A DNA stretch of 37,475 nucleotides from a virus (lineage: Duplodnaviria; Heunggongvirae; Uroviricota; Caudoviricetes), in IMG/VR virus record IMGVR_UViG_3300026512_000004, positions 84,653-122,127 of that record; one strand, given 5' to 3'. Each line of letters starts with the position of its first letter. The first letter of the stretch is position 1. The notes under the pieces are model-generated. The model made no database searches. It saw only the letters and a program-made list of their open reading frames with translations, and was not told the DNA's origin. Below, piece after piece: positions 23,946-34,626 of the stretch. The translations under genes were made by a program, and so were the position numbers.

Positions 23946-26531
23946 CTACATAATATTCAACTGCAAATTATTAATATCCCAATACAATACAACTGGTATA
24001 TACCGTAAAACCTTCAGTTTATCTGACGTATTCGACCAAATACAGCGTAAAATGTCATCAACATTGTGAAGTTCAAATCCGTGTTTATATTCAGTACCAG
24101 CACTATCAGTAACAGATACACATACATCTTTAATCCATGCGTACTTGTCCTTAAAATAGTGGATAATATGTGAATCGTAATAGGTAACGGAAGTACCGGT
24201 ATAACGACTAACAAGCAACTTAGACAACTCAATAAGCAATTGTTCCGACATCTGTCTTAAGTCAATACCCTCCTGCACAACACGTTCACGATCAGCAACA
24301 ATATTAACTGTCATTTTTAACGGCAATACTAGGTCTGTAGTGTATTTTTGAATAAAAATACATGGCACATATTCAGAAGTAACTGAAACACTATTCAAAA
24401 ATGCAACTTTGACATTATCCGTAATCATTTGATTTACATCAACAGACATTTCAGTTAACTTCAATAACTGTTTACGAATATAATCTTTATTGACCAACCA
24501 AACACTTTTTTCTACAAATGGTACATCAACAACGTACGTAACATTATTTTGTGTGTATTTAGGTATAGAAACAAGAGTTGACATATCCAAACATTGTGTA
24601 ACCGTACTAACAATGCATGATATTTCATGACTCACATGTTGTATATAAGCTGGAGAAGAGGCATTTAAACTACCTGTGTATGCTTCTTGCAAAACTAACG
24701 TAACATCATCAATAATAGAATCCACCTTGACACGCTTAGTAATACCATCTACTTCAAGCCAAAACCAATCACCCGGTTGTACTTCACTTGTAAAAGATGT
24801 CCCATTGCCTATAACTTTAGTCGGATCCGAAGAATCAATAGTACATGTACCTGACAACTGTTTGTGCGGAGCATGGAATATGTGAAGTGTTACAGGAAAA
24901 TTTTGGTCAAGAATAAATGACTTGGTATCTGGATTCTCATAAGCCCAAACAAAACGATAATCAGAAATAGGTGACATCTGATAATTATTATTTTGAAAAT
25001 CTATTGTAAAATCATAATCGAGTAATTCTTCCTGAGACTCAACGTAGAAATAAGATTTATCAGTATACGTCAAAGTCCACTTAATGCTCGGTTGCCTGAC
25101 AGATTCATCGTAAATTCTAATTGTGTTCAGCGGTATTTCTATGTTGTCAAAAACAAGGTAACCTATGTATCTATCAAATGCTTCATCATATTTGTAGAGA
25201 AAAGGACTGACCATTTGGACACCAGAAGAAATAGTTCTTTCAGGCAGATAAATAAGCGTTTCATCATCTGGATTAAAATCTGTTTCAAGATATGTTTCAC
25301 TTGTCGTACGTACAATCGTCTGATACTTGTCATAAAGTGGTATTAGAAGAGTAATTGTATTATCGAAGACATGAATTTTACGAAAGATTAACTCAAAAGT
25401 AGTATAATACTTGGAGAAAACATTTCGGAAATCAGTACGTGAAACGAGATTATTACGTGTTACAATATAGTCTAACACTTGTTTACGTAAATCATCAGGC
25501 GAAAACGCAGCTTTGCCACCAATTGCCTCGACATCTAACTTTATAATATCGGTGTAAGTACGTGTTAAAGATGTAGTTTTGGCATTACCAGTATAAATAA
25601 CCGTTGCAGAAGTATTGTAAGCAACAGTAGTCGGTGAAATACGACCATTTTCACCATGTGTCACTTTGAGACAAATTACAACATCGCGATTTTGCACATG
25701 ACGACCACGTAAACCAGATCCAAATCGAATACGTACACCATTAGGTATTACGTGAAAGAAAACAACTGGAGCATTCGCATCAGCTGTAAACTCACTAAAT
25801 AAAACGTCATACTTTACCCAATTACCATCTTCGTTGACAAAAACTAAGATATCATAAATTTGGTCATAAGAAACCGTCGTGATATCATAGTCATAATAAG
25901 TGCCATAAGGATATACAGGTATTCTTGTTTTTTCTATGTGAAGGTCATATTGGTAAACACCTTTCAAAGGAATAATCCATTCAGAACCAGAAAGAGGAAG
26001 AACAGTAGTTTGACCCTGATTATCAATAATACGACAAAAATTATTGTTATGTGCAAAATTTGCTTCAATGTAGTAATCTGCTTCACTCGTAAACGTAATA
26101 TCATTAATTTTAATTTGATACGGTGATATGTCTTTATCAACAAGATCTGGAATCAGGCTGTCACGTAGACCACGTATTAAGTAAATCTGTCCCCTCTCAG
26201 AATTGTTAGGTATAGGCGTAAAAAGTACATTCGGACATGTAATACGAAGAACACCTGTCAAAGATGACGGTTCTGCAAATGAAATCGGTACTTTATAACG
26301 CGACGCATGAAAAAGTAGACTATTTAGATCTAAAGCAGTTTCCGGGAATACCTCCCGAAAAAGCTGATTATAGTAGTTAAAAACGTCGTATTGAGACCAA
26401 CCTATGAGATTAACAAGAAATCCAAAAAATCCTACTCTACTAACTCGAATACCAATATGTTCTAAATCCTGCTTTAAACGTCGATAAAGATTTTCGATAA
26501 TTTCAGCTGGAGTTTTACCTTGAAGATTCAT
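23946..26531 (-). CDS. Baseplate wedge protein, gp6 / baseplate-J-like
   Basis: FREVFPETALDLNSLLFHA, IRFGSGLRG, THGENG, IGGKAAFSPDDLRKQ, NLVSRTDF. Confidence 0.8.
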   Translation of the reverse strand: MNLQGKTPAEIIENLYRRLKQDLEHIGIRVSRVGFFGFLVNLIGWSQYDVFNYYNQLFREVFPETALDLNSLLFHASRYKVPISFAEPSSLTGVLRITCPNVLFTPIPNNSERGQIYLIRGLRDSLIPDLVDKDISPYQIKINDITFTSEADYYIEANFAHNNNFCRIIDNQGQTTVLPLSGSEWIIPLKGVYQYDLHIEKTRIPVYPYGTYYDYDITTVSYDQIYDILVFVNEDGNWVKYDVLFSEFTADANAPVVFFHVIPNGVRIRFGSGLRGRHVQNRDVVICLKVTHGENGRISPTTVAYNTSATVIYTGNAKTTSLTRTYTDIIKLDVEAIGGKAAFSPDDLRKQVLDYIVTRNNLVSRTDFRNVFSKYYTTFELIFRKIHVFDNTITLLIPLYDKYQTIVRTTSETYLETDFNPDDETLIYLPERTISSGVQMVSPFLYKYDEAFDRYIGYLVFDNIEIPLNTIRIYDESVRQPSIKWTLTYTDKSYFYVESQEELLDYDFTIDFQNNNYQMSPISDYRFVWAYENPDTKSFILDQNFPVTLHIFHAPHKQLSGTCTIDSSDPTKVIGNGTSFTSEVQPGDWFWLEVDGITKRVKVDSIIDDVTLVLQEAYTGSLNASSPAYIQHVSHEISCIVSTVTQCLDMSTLVSIPKYTQNNVTYVVDVPFVEKSVWLVNKDYIRKQLLKLTEMSVDVNQMITDNVKVAFLNSVSVTSEYVPCIFIQKYTTDLVLPLKMTVNIVADRERVVQEGIDLRQMSEQLLIELSKLLVSRYTGTSVTYYDSHIIHYFKDKYAWIKDVCVSVTDSAGTEYKHGFELHNVDDILRCIWSNTSDKLKVLRYIPVVLYWDINNLQLNIM

Positions 26532-26537
26532 AACGCC

Positions 26538-27290
26538 TTAAGAACCTAGACTTTGCATTAAGTGCAGCACTTCATCTACCACTTGTTTGTGCTCAGGAAA
26601 AATAGCAGAAGATTCCGGTGTTGCTTCAGTAAAATCAACAACCGAATAATTCACTGTAACTGTAGTTAACTGCGGCTGAGCTTTTCTACCAATAATATCT
26701 GATGACGGACGATTTAACGGGAAAACACCAGCAGCTCGTGCCGCATAAGTTAAATGGCCATTTGGTTGGAACTTAACTATGTAAAAAGCACCCATGTAGT
26801 CAATGGCACCGTAGTTATCACTGGAGGGATCTAAATATTCAGACGAAGGTTCAATAGTGCCCATAAGAACTTGATAAATATACTCAGTCCAAATAACGTG
26901 AAAATCGTAAATAGCTATATTGTATCCTTCTGTGTATATCACGGATAACTGATTTGAAGTAGTGACTTGAGTTGCAAAAGGGATGGCACCAGAAGTAGTC
27001 GCAACCTGGTCAGTATCAATCTGTTTTTCGGGTGGGTTAATCTCAGTAGCTAATAGAGGTACAATGCCCCGTATATTTGTTCGACTTAAAACTTCAGAAT
27101 ACCCGGGTAGACCAGAAAGAGTAGGTGGAACAAAAAGAACTATATAGTATCCAGAAAGATCTAGTTCTATATCATCAAATAAACGACCATAAATTGCTTG
27201 CAATGCAACTTTTAGGTTATCGTCAATTACATGCTTATCGATAGTATCCTTAACAAATTCTTTTAACGTGGGCACCATAATTAGTAGCAA
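26538..27290 (-). CDS. Tail tube-fold protein (gp19/gp54-like)
   Basis: LSVIYTE...IYDFHVIWTEYI, GVFPLN and VTVNYSV follow the tube-protein pattern. Confidence 0.6.
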   Translation of the reverse strand: MLLIMVPTLKEFVKDTIDKHVIDDNLKVALQAIYGRLFDDIELDLSGYYIVLFVPPTLSGLPGYSEVLSRTNIRGIVPLLATEINPPEKQIDTDQVATTSGAIPFATQVTTSNQLSVIYTEGYNIAIYDFHVIWTEYIYQVLMGTIEPSSEYLDPSSDNYGAIDYMGAFYIVKFQPNGHLTYAARAAGVFPLNRPSSDIIGRKAQPQLTTVTVNYSVVDFTEATPESSAIFPEHKQVVDEVLHLMQSLGS

Positions 27291-28477
27291 TAATGTTTTC
27301 TGGCATGATACATAATAAAGTAGAAAATGGCTACTCTAACTTGTGACTTTAGGTTAGCCGGCAGGTTAACTATGTCAGTACCGTGAAACAACATATTCAT
27401 CTTTTCATCAATTAAACGTTGTAAATCGAGAGCGGTTTTAGAACGAGACCTAGTTAATACATACTTACCTTTATCGTATACATCTTTGGTACAAAGATCC
27501 AGTTTATCCTCAATTTCCAAAGCACGAAATAGAGCTGCAGTAATTTCTTTCACAATATCGGTATATTGCGGATCATGTAATCTTTCAGCAATTTGTTTCA
27601 ACACAGACGGTTTAATAAGAGTTTCCTGACTGACAGTATTGTAAAAATGATCAGGATAATTCGGATAGTTGAAAACGAGAACATTAACAACTTCGTCTGC
27701 CATGCCACGAACTTTATCAGCAGTAAACGTCTGTTCAACAGTATCACCTGAAACTGCTTTAATAGATTTGCCTTCTTCATGGGCCTTATAATAAAGCGGA
27801 GCTAATCCACTTATATAACCCTTAGAACCACTTGACAGAGAAATAGAAGGCCTGCTGTAAAATACCTGACGCAACCTTGCCCAAGATTGGGCGAAAAGCC
27901 GTTTCAACCCGTGGTTGACGTCTTTAAGTATGTAAGACTTATACTTCTGGTAAATCGTTGGTACAAAATGATCTAAAAGAAGTGCTAACGGTGACTCATA
28001 TTTATAAACAAGTGACTGCTTACCTACCATATACTGTACAACATAAGCCATAATATCAGGATTACAATAGCGGATATAGGTGGTTAAACGACCATTCCAA
28101 AGTATAGCCAACAATAAGAAAAGACATTTCTGTACAAAACTATCATCATGTTCAAAAACACCATAAGCAATTAAAAGAAGCAATATCTGATAGGGTGGGT
28201 ATTGGGCCATAACAGTCTCTTTTGGAAACCCCCATGCTCCCTTGAAAAAGCTGTTTACATACTCAAAACGCCAATCTAACATCGTATAAATACTGGATAT
28301 CCGGTTAGCTGAAACCTTGAAACGTGTACAATAACCATCTGTAGAATGTGAAGCCTGCATTATTGTTTCGTTATAGACGTCATCAATTAAGTTGTAGATA
28401 TCACGCTTTATAGAAGGATGTTGACGAAGCTTCGATTGCAATTCTTTCAAAAGGTCAGCGATATTTGCCATCTGCAA
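27281..28477 (-). CDS. Hypothetical phage protein (398 aa)
   Basis: Long ORF coupled to its neighbours; no motif recognised with confidence. Confidence 0.7.
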   Translation of the reverse strand: MQMANIADLLKELQSKLRQHPSIKRDIYNLIDDVYNETIMQASHSTDGYCTRFKVSANRISSIYTMLDWRFEYVNSFFKGAWGFPKETVMAQYPPYQILLLLIAYGVFEHDDSFVQKCLFLLLAILWNGRLTTYIRYCNPDIMAYVVQYMVGKQSLVYKYESPLALLLDHFVPTIYQKYKSYILKDVNHGLKRLFAQSWARLRQVFYSRPSISLSSGSKGYISGLAPLYYKAHEEGKSIKAVSGDTVEQTFTADKVRGMADEVVNVLVFNYPNYPDHFYNTVSQETLIKPSVLKQIAERLHDPQYTDIVKEITAALFRALEIEDKLDLCTKDVYDKGKYVLTRSRSKTALDLQRLIDEKMNMLFHGTDIVNLPANLKSQVRVAIFYFIMYHARKHYCY

Positions 28478-28489
28478 TTATCCTTGACA

Positions 28490-29203
28490 TTACTTGTTAA
28501 GTGCGAGCAAAGTATTAGCAATACGTTCCAAAGTTGTATGTATCTTCTCGTAAGCCTCCTGAATTCTCTCTGTATCGAAGATGCTGTTACACACCTCGTC
28601 CTCTATGATGTAATCTATAGTGCTTTTAACAAAAGGTGGAAACACTACCTGTTCAAGAACTCTAGTCAATATAATGCCCCTGATAATCTGCTTAGTATCT
28701 TCATTAATATTCTTAGAAACTTCTGGAAGCTTTTCTTTGACTTCCTCTTTTAACTCCTGGATACGTTGGTCAACAGTTTTATCGTAATAAAGTGCATCCA
28801 AAACGTGTGTCAACCAATCCTTAATTGACTCCTCTTGTTCAAACAACGGTTTAGTCAATAAGTCTTTAGGAACTATAGTTCTAGGTTCAAGATTGACAGA
28901 CTCATAAAATACACGAATTGTTTTGTAGAGATTATCCCACACTTCCTCAAGTTTGTCCAAAATGTCATCCGTAGGTTTCTCAACGACTTCCTTGACAATC
29001 TGCTGAAAAACACGTTTATCAACTATCGCTTTCTTATCGAACTCTTCAGGGTCATAAGTACCACTCATCTCAAGAAGATGCTTAGTCTTATAAATTCTCT
29101 CCTGTTCTTCCTGAAGCGTTTTTACATTGTGTTTTCTGGAATCTAAATCAAATTTAGCTTTAGCGATTTCTTCAAGCAACTCAAACCTATCCAACATATA
29201 CAC
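28490..29203 (-). CDS. Hypothetical helical protein (237 aa)
   Basis: Strong AAAGGAGG RBS; K/E-rich. Confidence 0.7.
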   Translation of the reverse strand: MYMLDRFELLEEIAKAKFDLDSRKHNVKTLQEEQERIYKTKHLLEMSGTYDPEEFDKKAIVDKRVFQQIVKEVVEKPTDDILDKLEEVWDNLYKTIRVFYESVNLEPRTIVPKDLLTKPLFEQEESIKDWLTHVLDALYYDKTVDQRIQELKEEVKEKLPEVSKNINEDTKQIIRGIILTRVLEQVVFPPFVKSTIDYIIEDEVCNSIFDTERIQEAYEKIHTTLERIANTLLALNK

Positions 29204-29323
29204 TACCTCCTTTACTGTGTTGGTTTGTTATTTGTTAAAATCTTTTGGGCAGTGACTGTGTGACGTATTCCCCCTCTAAAAAGGAAAACATTAGTGCATA
29301 AATTTATTCCTAAAGAGCAGTTA

Positions 29324-31099
29324 TCAACACGTATGCTGTACAAATGTCATTATTTGACTTTCCTTAGTTCTCAAATGTCTCGTCATAGTTACAAATCTAT
29401 AGTACCACTGATCACCATCAACAGCTATTAAATTGACGAACGGCGTAGCCGCATGAGTACACATTGTGTTGTAAACGTATGTAAATGCCTTATCTGGACT
29501 AAGGTGAACATCTACGTTCTTCAAGTCCTCTTGAAAATTCTTGAATGTAGTTCGTATACCATGTGCCAAAAACATAACACTATTCATAGGAAGACCTAAA
29601 GTATAATTTGGGAACGAAAACGCCTGACTTTGCGACAAATCATAATGTTTCTTCACGAAGTTTAAATCAACACAAATAGTTCTTACAAAATTAGCTAAAA
29701 AGATAAAACAAAGTATCTGATATAAAACATCAGTTACACCGTGAAGAAACTTATCAGGCCTTACAACTACACCTTGATAATTAACAGGTTGGTTCGGTAA
29801 ACTTAACCGCCTAATAGTTGCTAAAACTGACTTAATAATGGGTATAAAAACGTCTATATAAACTACTTTCTCAAAATCTGGATACAAACTACTAATAATT
29901 CTAACAATACCTGAATTTGTACTGCCCAAATCACCTGTCATTTTATTTAACGCACTCAAAGTATCCGTAATTTGACTACCCATAGGAACATCAACAATTT
30001 CGTTTATCGTATCCCAAATACCATGTATACGTGAACACAGATTTTCACGTTTTTGCAATGCATTAGGTGTATTAAGAGTAAATGGTGCAAATAAGAAATC
30101 CTCAAGTGATGTCAAAACATTTTCACTAAATCCATTTTGACACTCATCAACAGCATCTTGTAATATCCGGTCTATTGGTATATGACCGACATAAGGAGCA
30201 AAAATATTGTAGATAAAAGATAAGTAATTGGAAACGACAGTACGTACAGCAGTAGTTACACGGTCAACAAATCTTGCTACTACATCATCGAGATTACCCT
30301 GAAATCGCATAATCGTAAAATTAGTATCAACAGGATTAAAACCAACATGTTTAGCATATTCTTCTGGAGAAAGAAAAACACGTAATGTCAAATAAGCTTG
30401 CTTTAGTTCATTGTCAACGACATCTACAACTTCTTTCACAGGTAATTCTTTACCACGTTCTAAACGTTGAATTAGCTTACTACCTCCAGGTAAATTAGAT
30501 AACCAACGACGTATCCACGTTGGATTACTTTGGGTACCTAAATATCGTTCAATCTTACCCTGTCTCCTCACTTCATTCACAGTATGAGCAATAACACGTT
30601 CTAAACGGTGTTGAACAGCCACACGATATACATAATCAAGATTTTCGACATTATAAAGAGGACGACTTGTTAAAATAGATACTAATAAGAGATGAGTAAG
30701 TCCAGTAGGTGGAAGTTCCCGGTAAAAAGTACCAACTACAACAGGTACATTAACAAGTGTCTCCGGAACCGTTATTACAGAAATCTTAGGTTGAAACTTG
30801 CGCAACACAGGATCGTTCTCAAGTATTTGACGAAGACGTTCAGCCTTCTCTTGTATTCTTTCCTGTACGTGATAATGTTCGAAGAATTTAGGCGTCTCTC
30901 CCAAACCAAGCCGTATTGTCCTTATAATATCCGAGGCTAAAATCTCCTTAAGAAAATAAGCGGAGACGAAATCACGTATTATAGGTTTACCAATAGTTGA
31001 TAAAACAGGGTAAATCAGAATTAACTGTGTAGTATCAGTACGATGACTTATCCGAGTGTGACTTGTTAACTTTCCGTAAACCAAACTTGATAATCGCAT
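29324..31099 (-). CDS. Hypothetical protein (591 aa)
   Basis: Long ORF directly after the gp25-like gene. Confidence 0.7.
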   Translation of the reverse strand: MRLSSLVYGKLTSHTRISHRTDTTQLILIYPVLSTIGKPIIRDFVSAYFLKEILASDIIRTIRLGLGETPKFFEHYHVQERIQEKAERLRQILENDPVLRKFQPKISVITVPETLVNVPVVVGTFYRELPPTGLTHLLLVSILTSRPLYNVENLDYVYRVAVQHRLERVIAHTVNEVRRQGKIERYLGTQSNPTWIRRWLSNLPGGSKLIQRLERGKELPVKEVVDVVDNELKQAYLTLRVFLSPEEYAKHVGFNPVDTNFTIMRFQGNLDDVVARFVDRVTTAVRTVVSNYLSFIYNIFAPYVGHIPIDRILQDAVDECQNGFSENVLTSLEDFLFAPFTLNTPNALQKRENLCSRIHGIWDTINEIVDVPMGSQITDTLSALNKMTGDLGSTNSGIVRIISSLYPDFEKVVYIDVFIPIIKSVLATIRRLSLPNQPVNYQGVVVRPDKFLHGVTDVLYQILCFIFLANFVRTICVDLNFVKKHYDLSQSQAFSFPNYTLGLPMNSVMFLAHGIRTTFKNFQEDLKNVDVHLSPDKAFTYVYNTMCTHAATPFVNLIAVDGDQWYYRFVTMTRHLRTKESQIMTFVQHTC

Positions 31100-31101
31100 T
31101 G

Positions 31102-31617
31102 TTAACTCGCAACGGTCAAACTTATTTCTTCACCTTGAACCATAAGGGTGATAGTAATGTACAATTCACTACCAATACTACTAGCTCGCAAGTCCTTTAT
31201 AGTGACTTGTGTACCCAATTGTCTAGAAACATAATTTACTGCGTCATGTACCTCTTTAGATATTAATTCACGCTTATGCACTTCGTCTTTTATTTGTAAA
31301 TATTTTCGCAAATCTGACCCAAAGGTTACGTCACCAGGATAACTACCTTTCGGTGTTAGAAGGTATGTTTTAACGTAATACGCAGCAAGCTCTTTTAGAC
31401 TGCGTATCTGATACACAGAAACACCAGAAACTTTAGGCATGACATCATAAAATGTAGGAGTTAATTCACTAGAACTAACTTGTTCCAACCAAGCTTTGAT
31501 TAAAGTTTGCACTTCTAAAGGCAACTCACTTAACTCGTATGTGTCTTTCTGAATACGGATTGAAAGCGGTATCTTTTTTTGGATATCGTATGGTAACGTA
31601 GAAATTTTAACTTGCAT
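31102..31617 (-). CDS. Baseplate wedge protein, gp25-like
   Basis: YLLTPKGSYPGDVTFGSDLRKYL matches the T.KGER...P.FG..L motif. Confidence 0.75.
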   Translation of the reverse strand: MQVKISTLPYDIQKKIPLSIRIQKDTYELSELPLEVQTLIKAWLEQVSSSELTPTFYDVMPKVSGVSVYQIRSLKELAAYYVKTYLLTPKGSYPGDVTFGSDLRKYLQIKDEVHKRELISKEVHDAVNYVSRQLGTQVTIKDLRASSIGSELYITITLMVQGEEISLTVAS

Positions 31618-32515
31618 TTTTACAATACTTCTCGTATAATGTCTTTAATTCACCTTTTAACTGCTCTGGATACTCATCTATAACAGTTTTAAGAACGTGA
31701 CAAATACGTTCTGTATTATTAGGGTGTGTATCAAATATTTGTTTAATCTTGTCCCAAACTTTACTGAAAAATCCTGTCTTTTTACCCTCTTGAAATTTAG
31801 CATAAACGGATAACTTCTGTAACGCAGTTGCTAATTCAGGTCCATATCCAAGTTCTACTACAAACTTATCCGCGTCCTTCTCAGATAAACGTGACAAAAG
31901 TCCAACACCTACTTCTAATTGCAGTGAAAGAGTTAATGTAGACAATAGAAGTGCAAAAATAGGTAAATGTGTTACAACTACTGTAATCATTGTACCTAAA
32001 TAAAGTAACCGTCGTATTGTACTTAACAACTGCTGAAACAAAGGTTTGCCTGAATAGAAAGTATGACCAACTTCATGTAACAAAACGGCAACTACCTCAC
32101 GCGTCGTCAACAAATCTAACAAACCTTTTGTAACATAAAATTGCACCGACATAGCAATATGTGGTCTCTTATCCTCTATCTTAGACCGAAAGGGGTTCGG
32201 TACATATAGTACAAAAGCATTGGGCGTGTGTTCATTATATAAAACACGAAATTTAACATCTAAATAACCAAACATAAGCTTAAGCGTCTTAGCTATCTCA
32301 CGGCAAACTTGTGTATCATGTGGGTTATCCTTAAGTTTACGTATTAGTCGCTCAAGACGGTTCAACTGATCAATACGATATTTAGCCTCGTCCAATACAG
32401 AGATCACGATAGGGACAAAATCCACATTGTTTGCGATCCACGAATTCATCTGACAGATCTGGTAAAACTCGTTTCCTGTGGTATTCGTTGATACGTGATA
32501 GTTTCTTAACGACAT
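31607..32515 (-). CDS. M48-like zinc metallopeptidase (true start may be downstream)
   Basis: PNAFV, AVLLHEVGH (HExxH), EKDADKF, ELATALQKL, THP...ERI. Confidence 0.85.
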   Translation of the reverse strand: MSLRNYHVSTNTTGNEFYQICQMNSWIANNVDFVPIVISVLDEAKYRIDQLNRLERLIRKLKDNPHDTQVCREIAKTLKLMFGYLDVKFRVLYNEHTPNAFVLYVPNPFRSKIEDKRPHIAMSVQFYVTKGLLDLLTTREVVAVLLHEVGHTFYSGKPLFQQLLSTIRRLLYLGTMITVVVTHLPIFALLLSTLTLSLQLEVGVGLLSRLSEKDADKFVVELGYGPELATALQKLSVYAKFQEGKKTGFFSKVWDKIKQIFDTHPNNTERICHVLKTVIDEYPEQLKGELKTLYEKYCKNAS

Positions 32516-33281
32516 AGTTCATTTCTTCCTGAACATTATTTCCATCCACCGTAACAACAAAAATAAAATCAAGACCTTTAGATCGTAGAAATCTACGAAC
32601 ACGTTTGGTTTCTTGTAATGCTTCACTAAGAGTAAGATCGGAAGCGACAATATCGTGTGCAACGTAAATGAATTGTATATATTCTATACAATAACGAGAT
32701 TGTTTCGGTATGCGACGATCAGTTGCTTTCTTAATTTCATCTAAATGGCTTTCTAATAAGTGCTTATAGAGAACAGTTTGTAGGAGATCGTGTTTTCTCG
32801 GCGTGTTACTGCGAACTATAGTCTCTAAATCTTTAAACGGTAAACTTTTAATCTCAACCAATACATTACTACCAATTAAAGCATCAAGTCTTACAGACAC
32901 GTTTAAAGAAGGAACGAAAAGTTCTACTTCAGTCTCAGTAAACGAATAGTGGCTCTGAATGAACTCGTGTATTGCGGAACCAATAGTACCACGTAATTGA
33001 AGACCTGGCCATAGATATCGAAAATCCGGCAAAGGATAACCTAATAAACGGTAAAGTGTTTTACGAATACAATCATGTGAAATGTCGTACGCAGAAATAT
33101 AACTACTATAACCAAAACGGACTAACTCACATTCATTAATACGTTTAACACACTCTTCCAGAAAACTTTCTATTGAAAATAGATGAGGTCGGTCGGTAAC
33201 TTGTTCATGTGTACTTTGTATACTAAACTGATTATCTGACTCACTGTCTTTACCAGGTATCTTGAGATCGAAGAAATCCAT
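32382..33281 (-). CDS. Cas4-like PD-(D/E)xK exonuclease
   Basis: HDCIRK, RLDAL...VEIKS, LLQTVLY and C-terminal CGFCPYRDLC give the 1+3 Cys Fe-S pattern. No CRISPR array in the window. Confidence 0.85.
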   Translation of the reverse strand: MDFFDLKIPGKDSESDNQFSIQSTHEQVTDRPHLFSIESFLEECVKRINECELVRFGYSSYISAYDISHDCIRKTLYRLLGYPLPDFRYLWPGLQLRGTIGSAIHEFIQSHYSFTETEVELFVPSLNVSVRLDALIGSNVLVEIKSLPFKDLETIVRSNTPRKHDLLQTVLYKHLLESHLDEIKKATDRRIPKQSRYCIEYIQFIYVAHDIVASDLTLSEALQETKRVRRFLRSKGLDFIFVVTVDGNNVQEEMNYVVKKLSRINEYHRKRVLPDLSDEFVDRKQCGFCPYRDLCIGRG

Positions 33282-33311
33282 GTTATCAAAACCACTGGAT
33301 AATTATTAGTG

Positions 33312-33360
33312 AAAACGGCGCGGAACTAACAATATTACAAAACTTATATAGCCCGCGCCG
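33312..33360 (-). terminator. GC-rich hairpin with large AT loop, probable terminator or processing site
   Basis: CGGCGCGG/CCGCGCCG 8-bp stem extendable by GCTA/TAG, with T-runs on both sides on the minus strand. Confidence 0.6.
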
Positions 33361-33381
33361 ACAAAAAACTATAACAATTAA

Positions 33382-33609
33382 TTACTTTTTCCTACCAGAC
33401 ATAAGTGCTTCTCTGGCCATTTTAGTGGCTTTTGCCCTGTACTTCTTAATTATCTGTTCCTGAAGCCTCTTCCAAAGACTCCTCGCTCTAACAAACCTAG
33501 CATAGAGGGGATCATTGGCCTCTTTAGCCAGTTTGATGGCCATAGTACCAATAAGAGCGTTGAGTTTAGCCTGTTTAGTACGTCTTACCACAGAAGTTGT
33601 TGCAGGCAT
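33382..33609 (-). CDS. Small basic helical protein, probably virion-associated (revised start)
   Basis: AAAGGAGG RBS before MPATTSVVRR; AIKLAKEANDPLY...IIKKYRAKA. Confidence 0.65.
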   Translation of the reverse strand: MPATTSVVRRTKQAKLNALIGTMAIKLAKEANDPLYARFVRARSLWKRLQEQIIKKYRAKATKMAREALMSGRKK

Positions 33610-33714
33610 GTTTACACCTCCTTTTATGATTTTTGAGATCTCCTGGTCTTGGAGCGTACGAAGTTGGTCCACATATGACTGTACTTGCAGCATACTGACA
33701 TCTCAAGATATACA

Positions 33715-34626
33715 CTAAGATTGAACACTATGTACGTTCTTTAGCCTCATCTCGGCTTCTTGCTTACTTCTGGGAGGATTCACGCGAGACAATGCATCGT
33801 ACAATTCTTTATGCCATTTGGCTTGCTCATCTACCTTCTTCAAACACGCTGAAACAACTTGTTCATACGTATCTATTAAATCGTTTAACATTGTCATATA
33901 AGGACGACACATCTGACCTAACTCAGACTCAGGTATCTTGAAATCAGAAGATCTACGTATTCTCTCAATCAAATCTATCTTATCTGTTACAGTCAGACAA
34001 TCGTATAAAGCACGTAATGTCTCAACTGCCAAATCTTTGTGGTAATTAAGATAACAATATGTCAAACACTTTTCCTGCTCTGGTGTTATGCCAGAAAAAT
34101 CAGTACAAGTAGGATCAATACCACATTGCTGATAACATTTAGTTACATTATGCTTAATGACCTCGTAGCGATATGCATAATAAGCATGTTTACGTAATGT
34201 TCTACTTACCTTGTTGAAAACTTTGGCAATACCTACTACCAAACGATGAGCCGCTGTTCTTAACAAATGGTGCAACGTATAACGTAGTGAGACAGCACCT
34301 GTTATCATTAGTAATAAAACAGGCAAAGACAATTCAACTTCTTGGAGCATCAACTCATTCTGGTCATCTGGTTCCAATTCAAATCGATAACATACAATGT
34401 CACCTTGGTCATTCATTTTACAAACATCTAAATAACCAGAAAGTACTTGATATTTAACTGTAGTAGGAAGTTGGTCAAATTGGTCATAATCACCTGTGGT
34501 ACGGAGGATAAACAACAAATCATTTAAACGTGACATAAGGTCTGCAACAATACGTTGATAATCTAATTCATTGTCGATATAATAGCGAGTATTGATGTAA
34601 CCATCAACTAGATTCCTCAGATCCAT
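33715..34626 (-). CDS. Hypothetical Cys-containing helical protein
   Basis: 303 aa ORF with KCYQQC and CLTYCY clusters. Confidence 0.65.
   Translation of the reverse strand: MDLRNLVDGYINTRYYIDNELDYQRIVADLMSRLNDLLFILRTTGDYDQFDQLPTTVKYQVLSGYLDVCKMNDQGDIVCYRFELEPDDQNELMLQEVELSLPVLLLMITGAVSLRYTLHHLLRTAAHRLVVGIAKVFNKVSRTLRKHAYYAYRYEVIKHNVTKCYQQCGIDPTCTDFSGITPEQEKCLTYCYLNYHKDLAVETLRALYDCLTVTDKIDLIERIRRSSDFKIPESELGQMCRPYMTMLNDLIDTYEQVVSACLKKVDEQAKWHKELYDALSRVNPPRSKQEAEMRLKNVHSVQS

Noticed and set aside
29204-29323. Weak hairpin and GTCAC repeats in a 120-nt intergenic region
   Set aside because: The stem is short and G-U-rich and the 5-mers are expected by chance; probably just a promoter or leader region.
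32382-33281. CRISPR-Cas system suggested by the Cas4-like gene
   Set aside because: No repeat-spacer array or other cas genes are visible; solo Cas4-like nucleases are common in phages.
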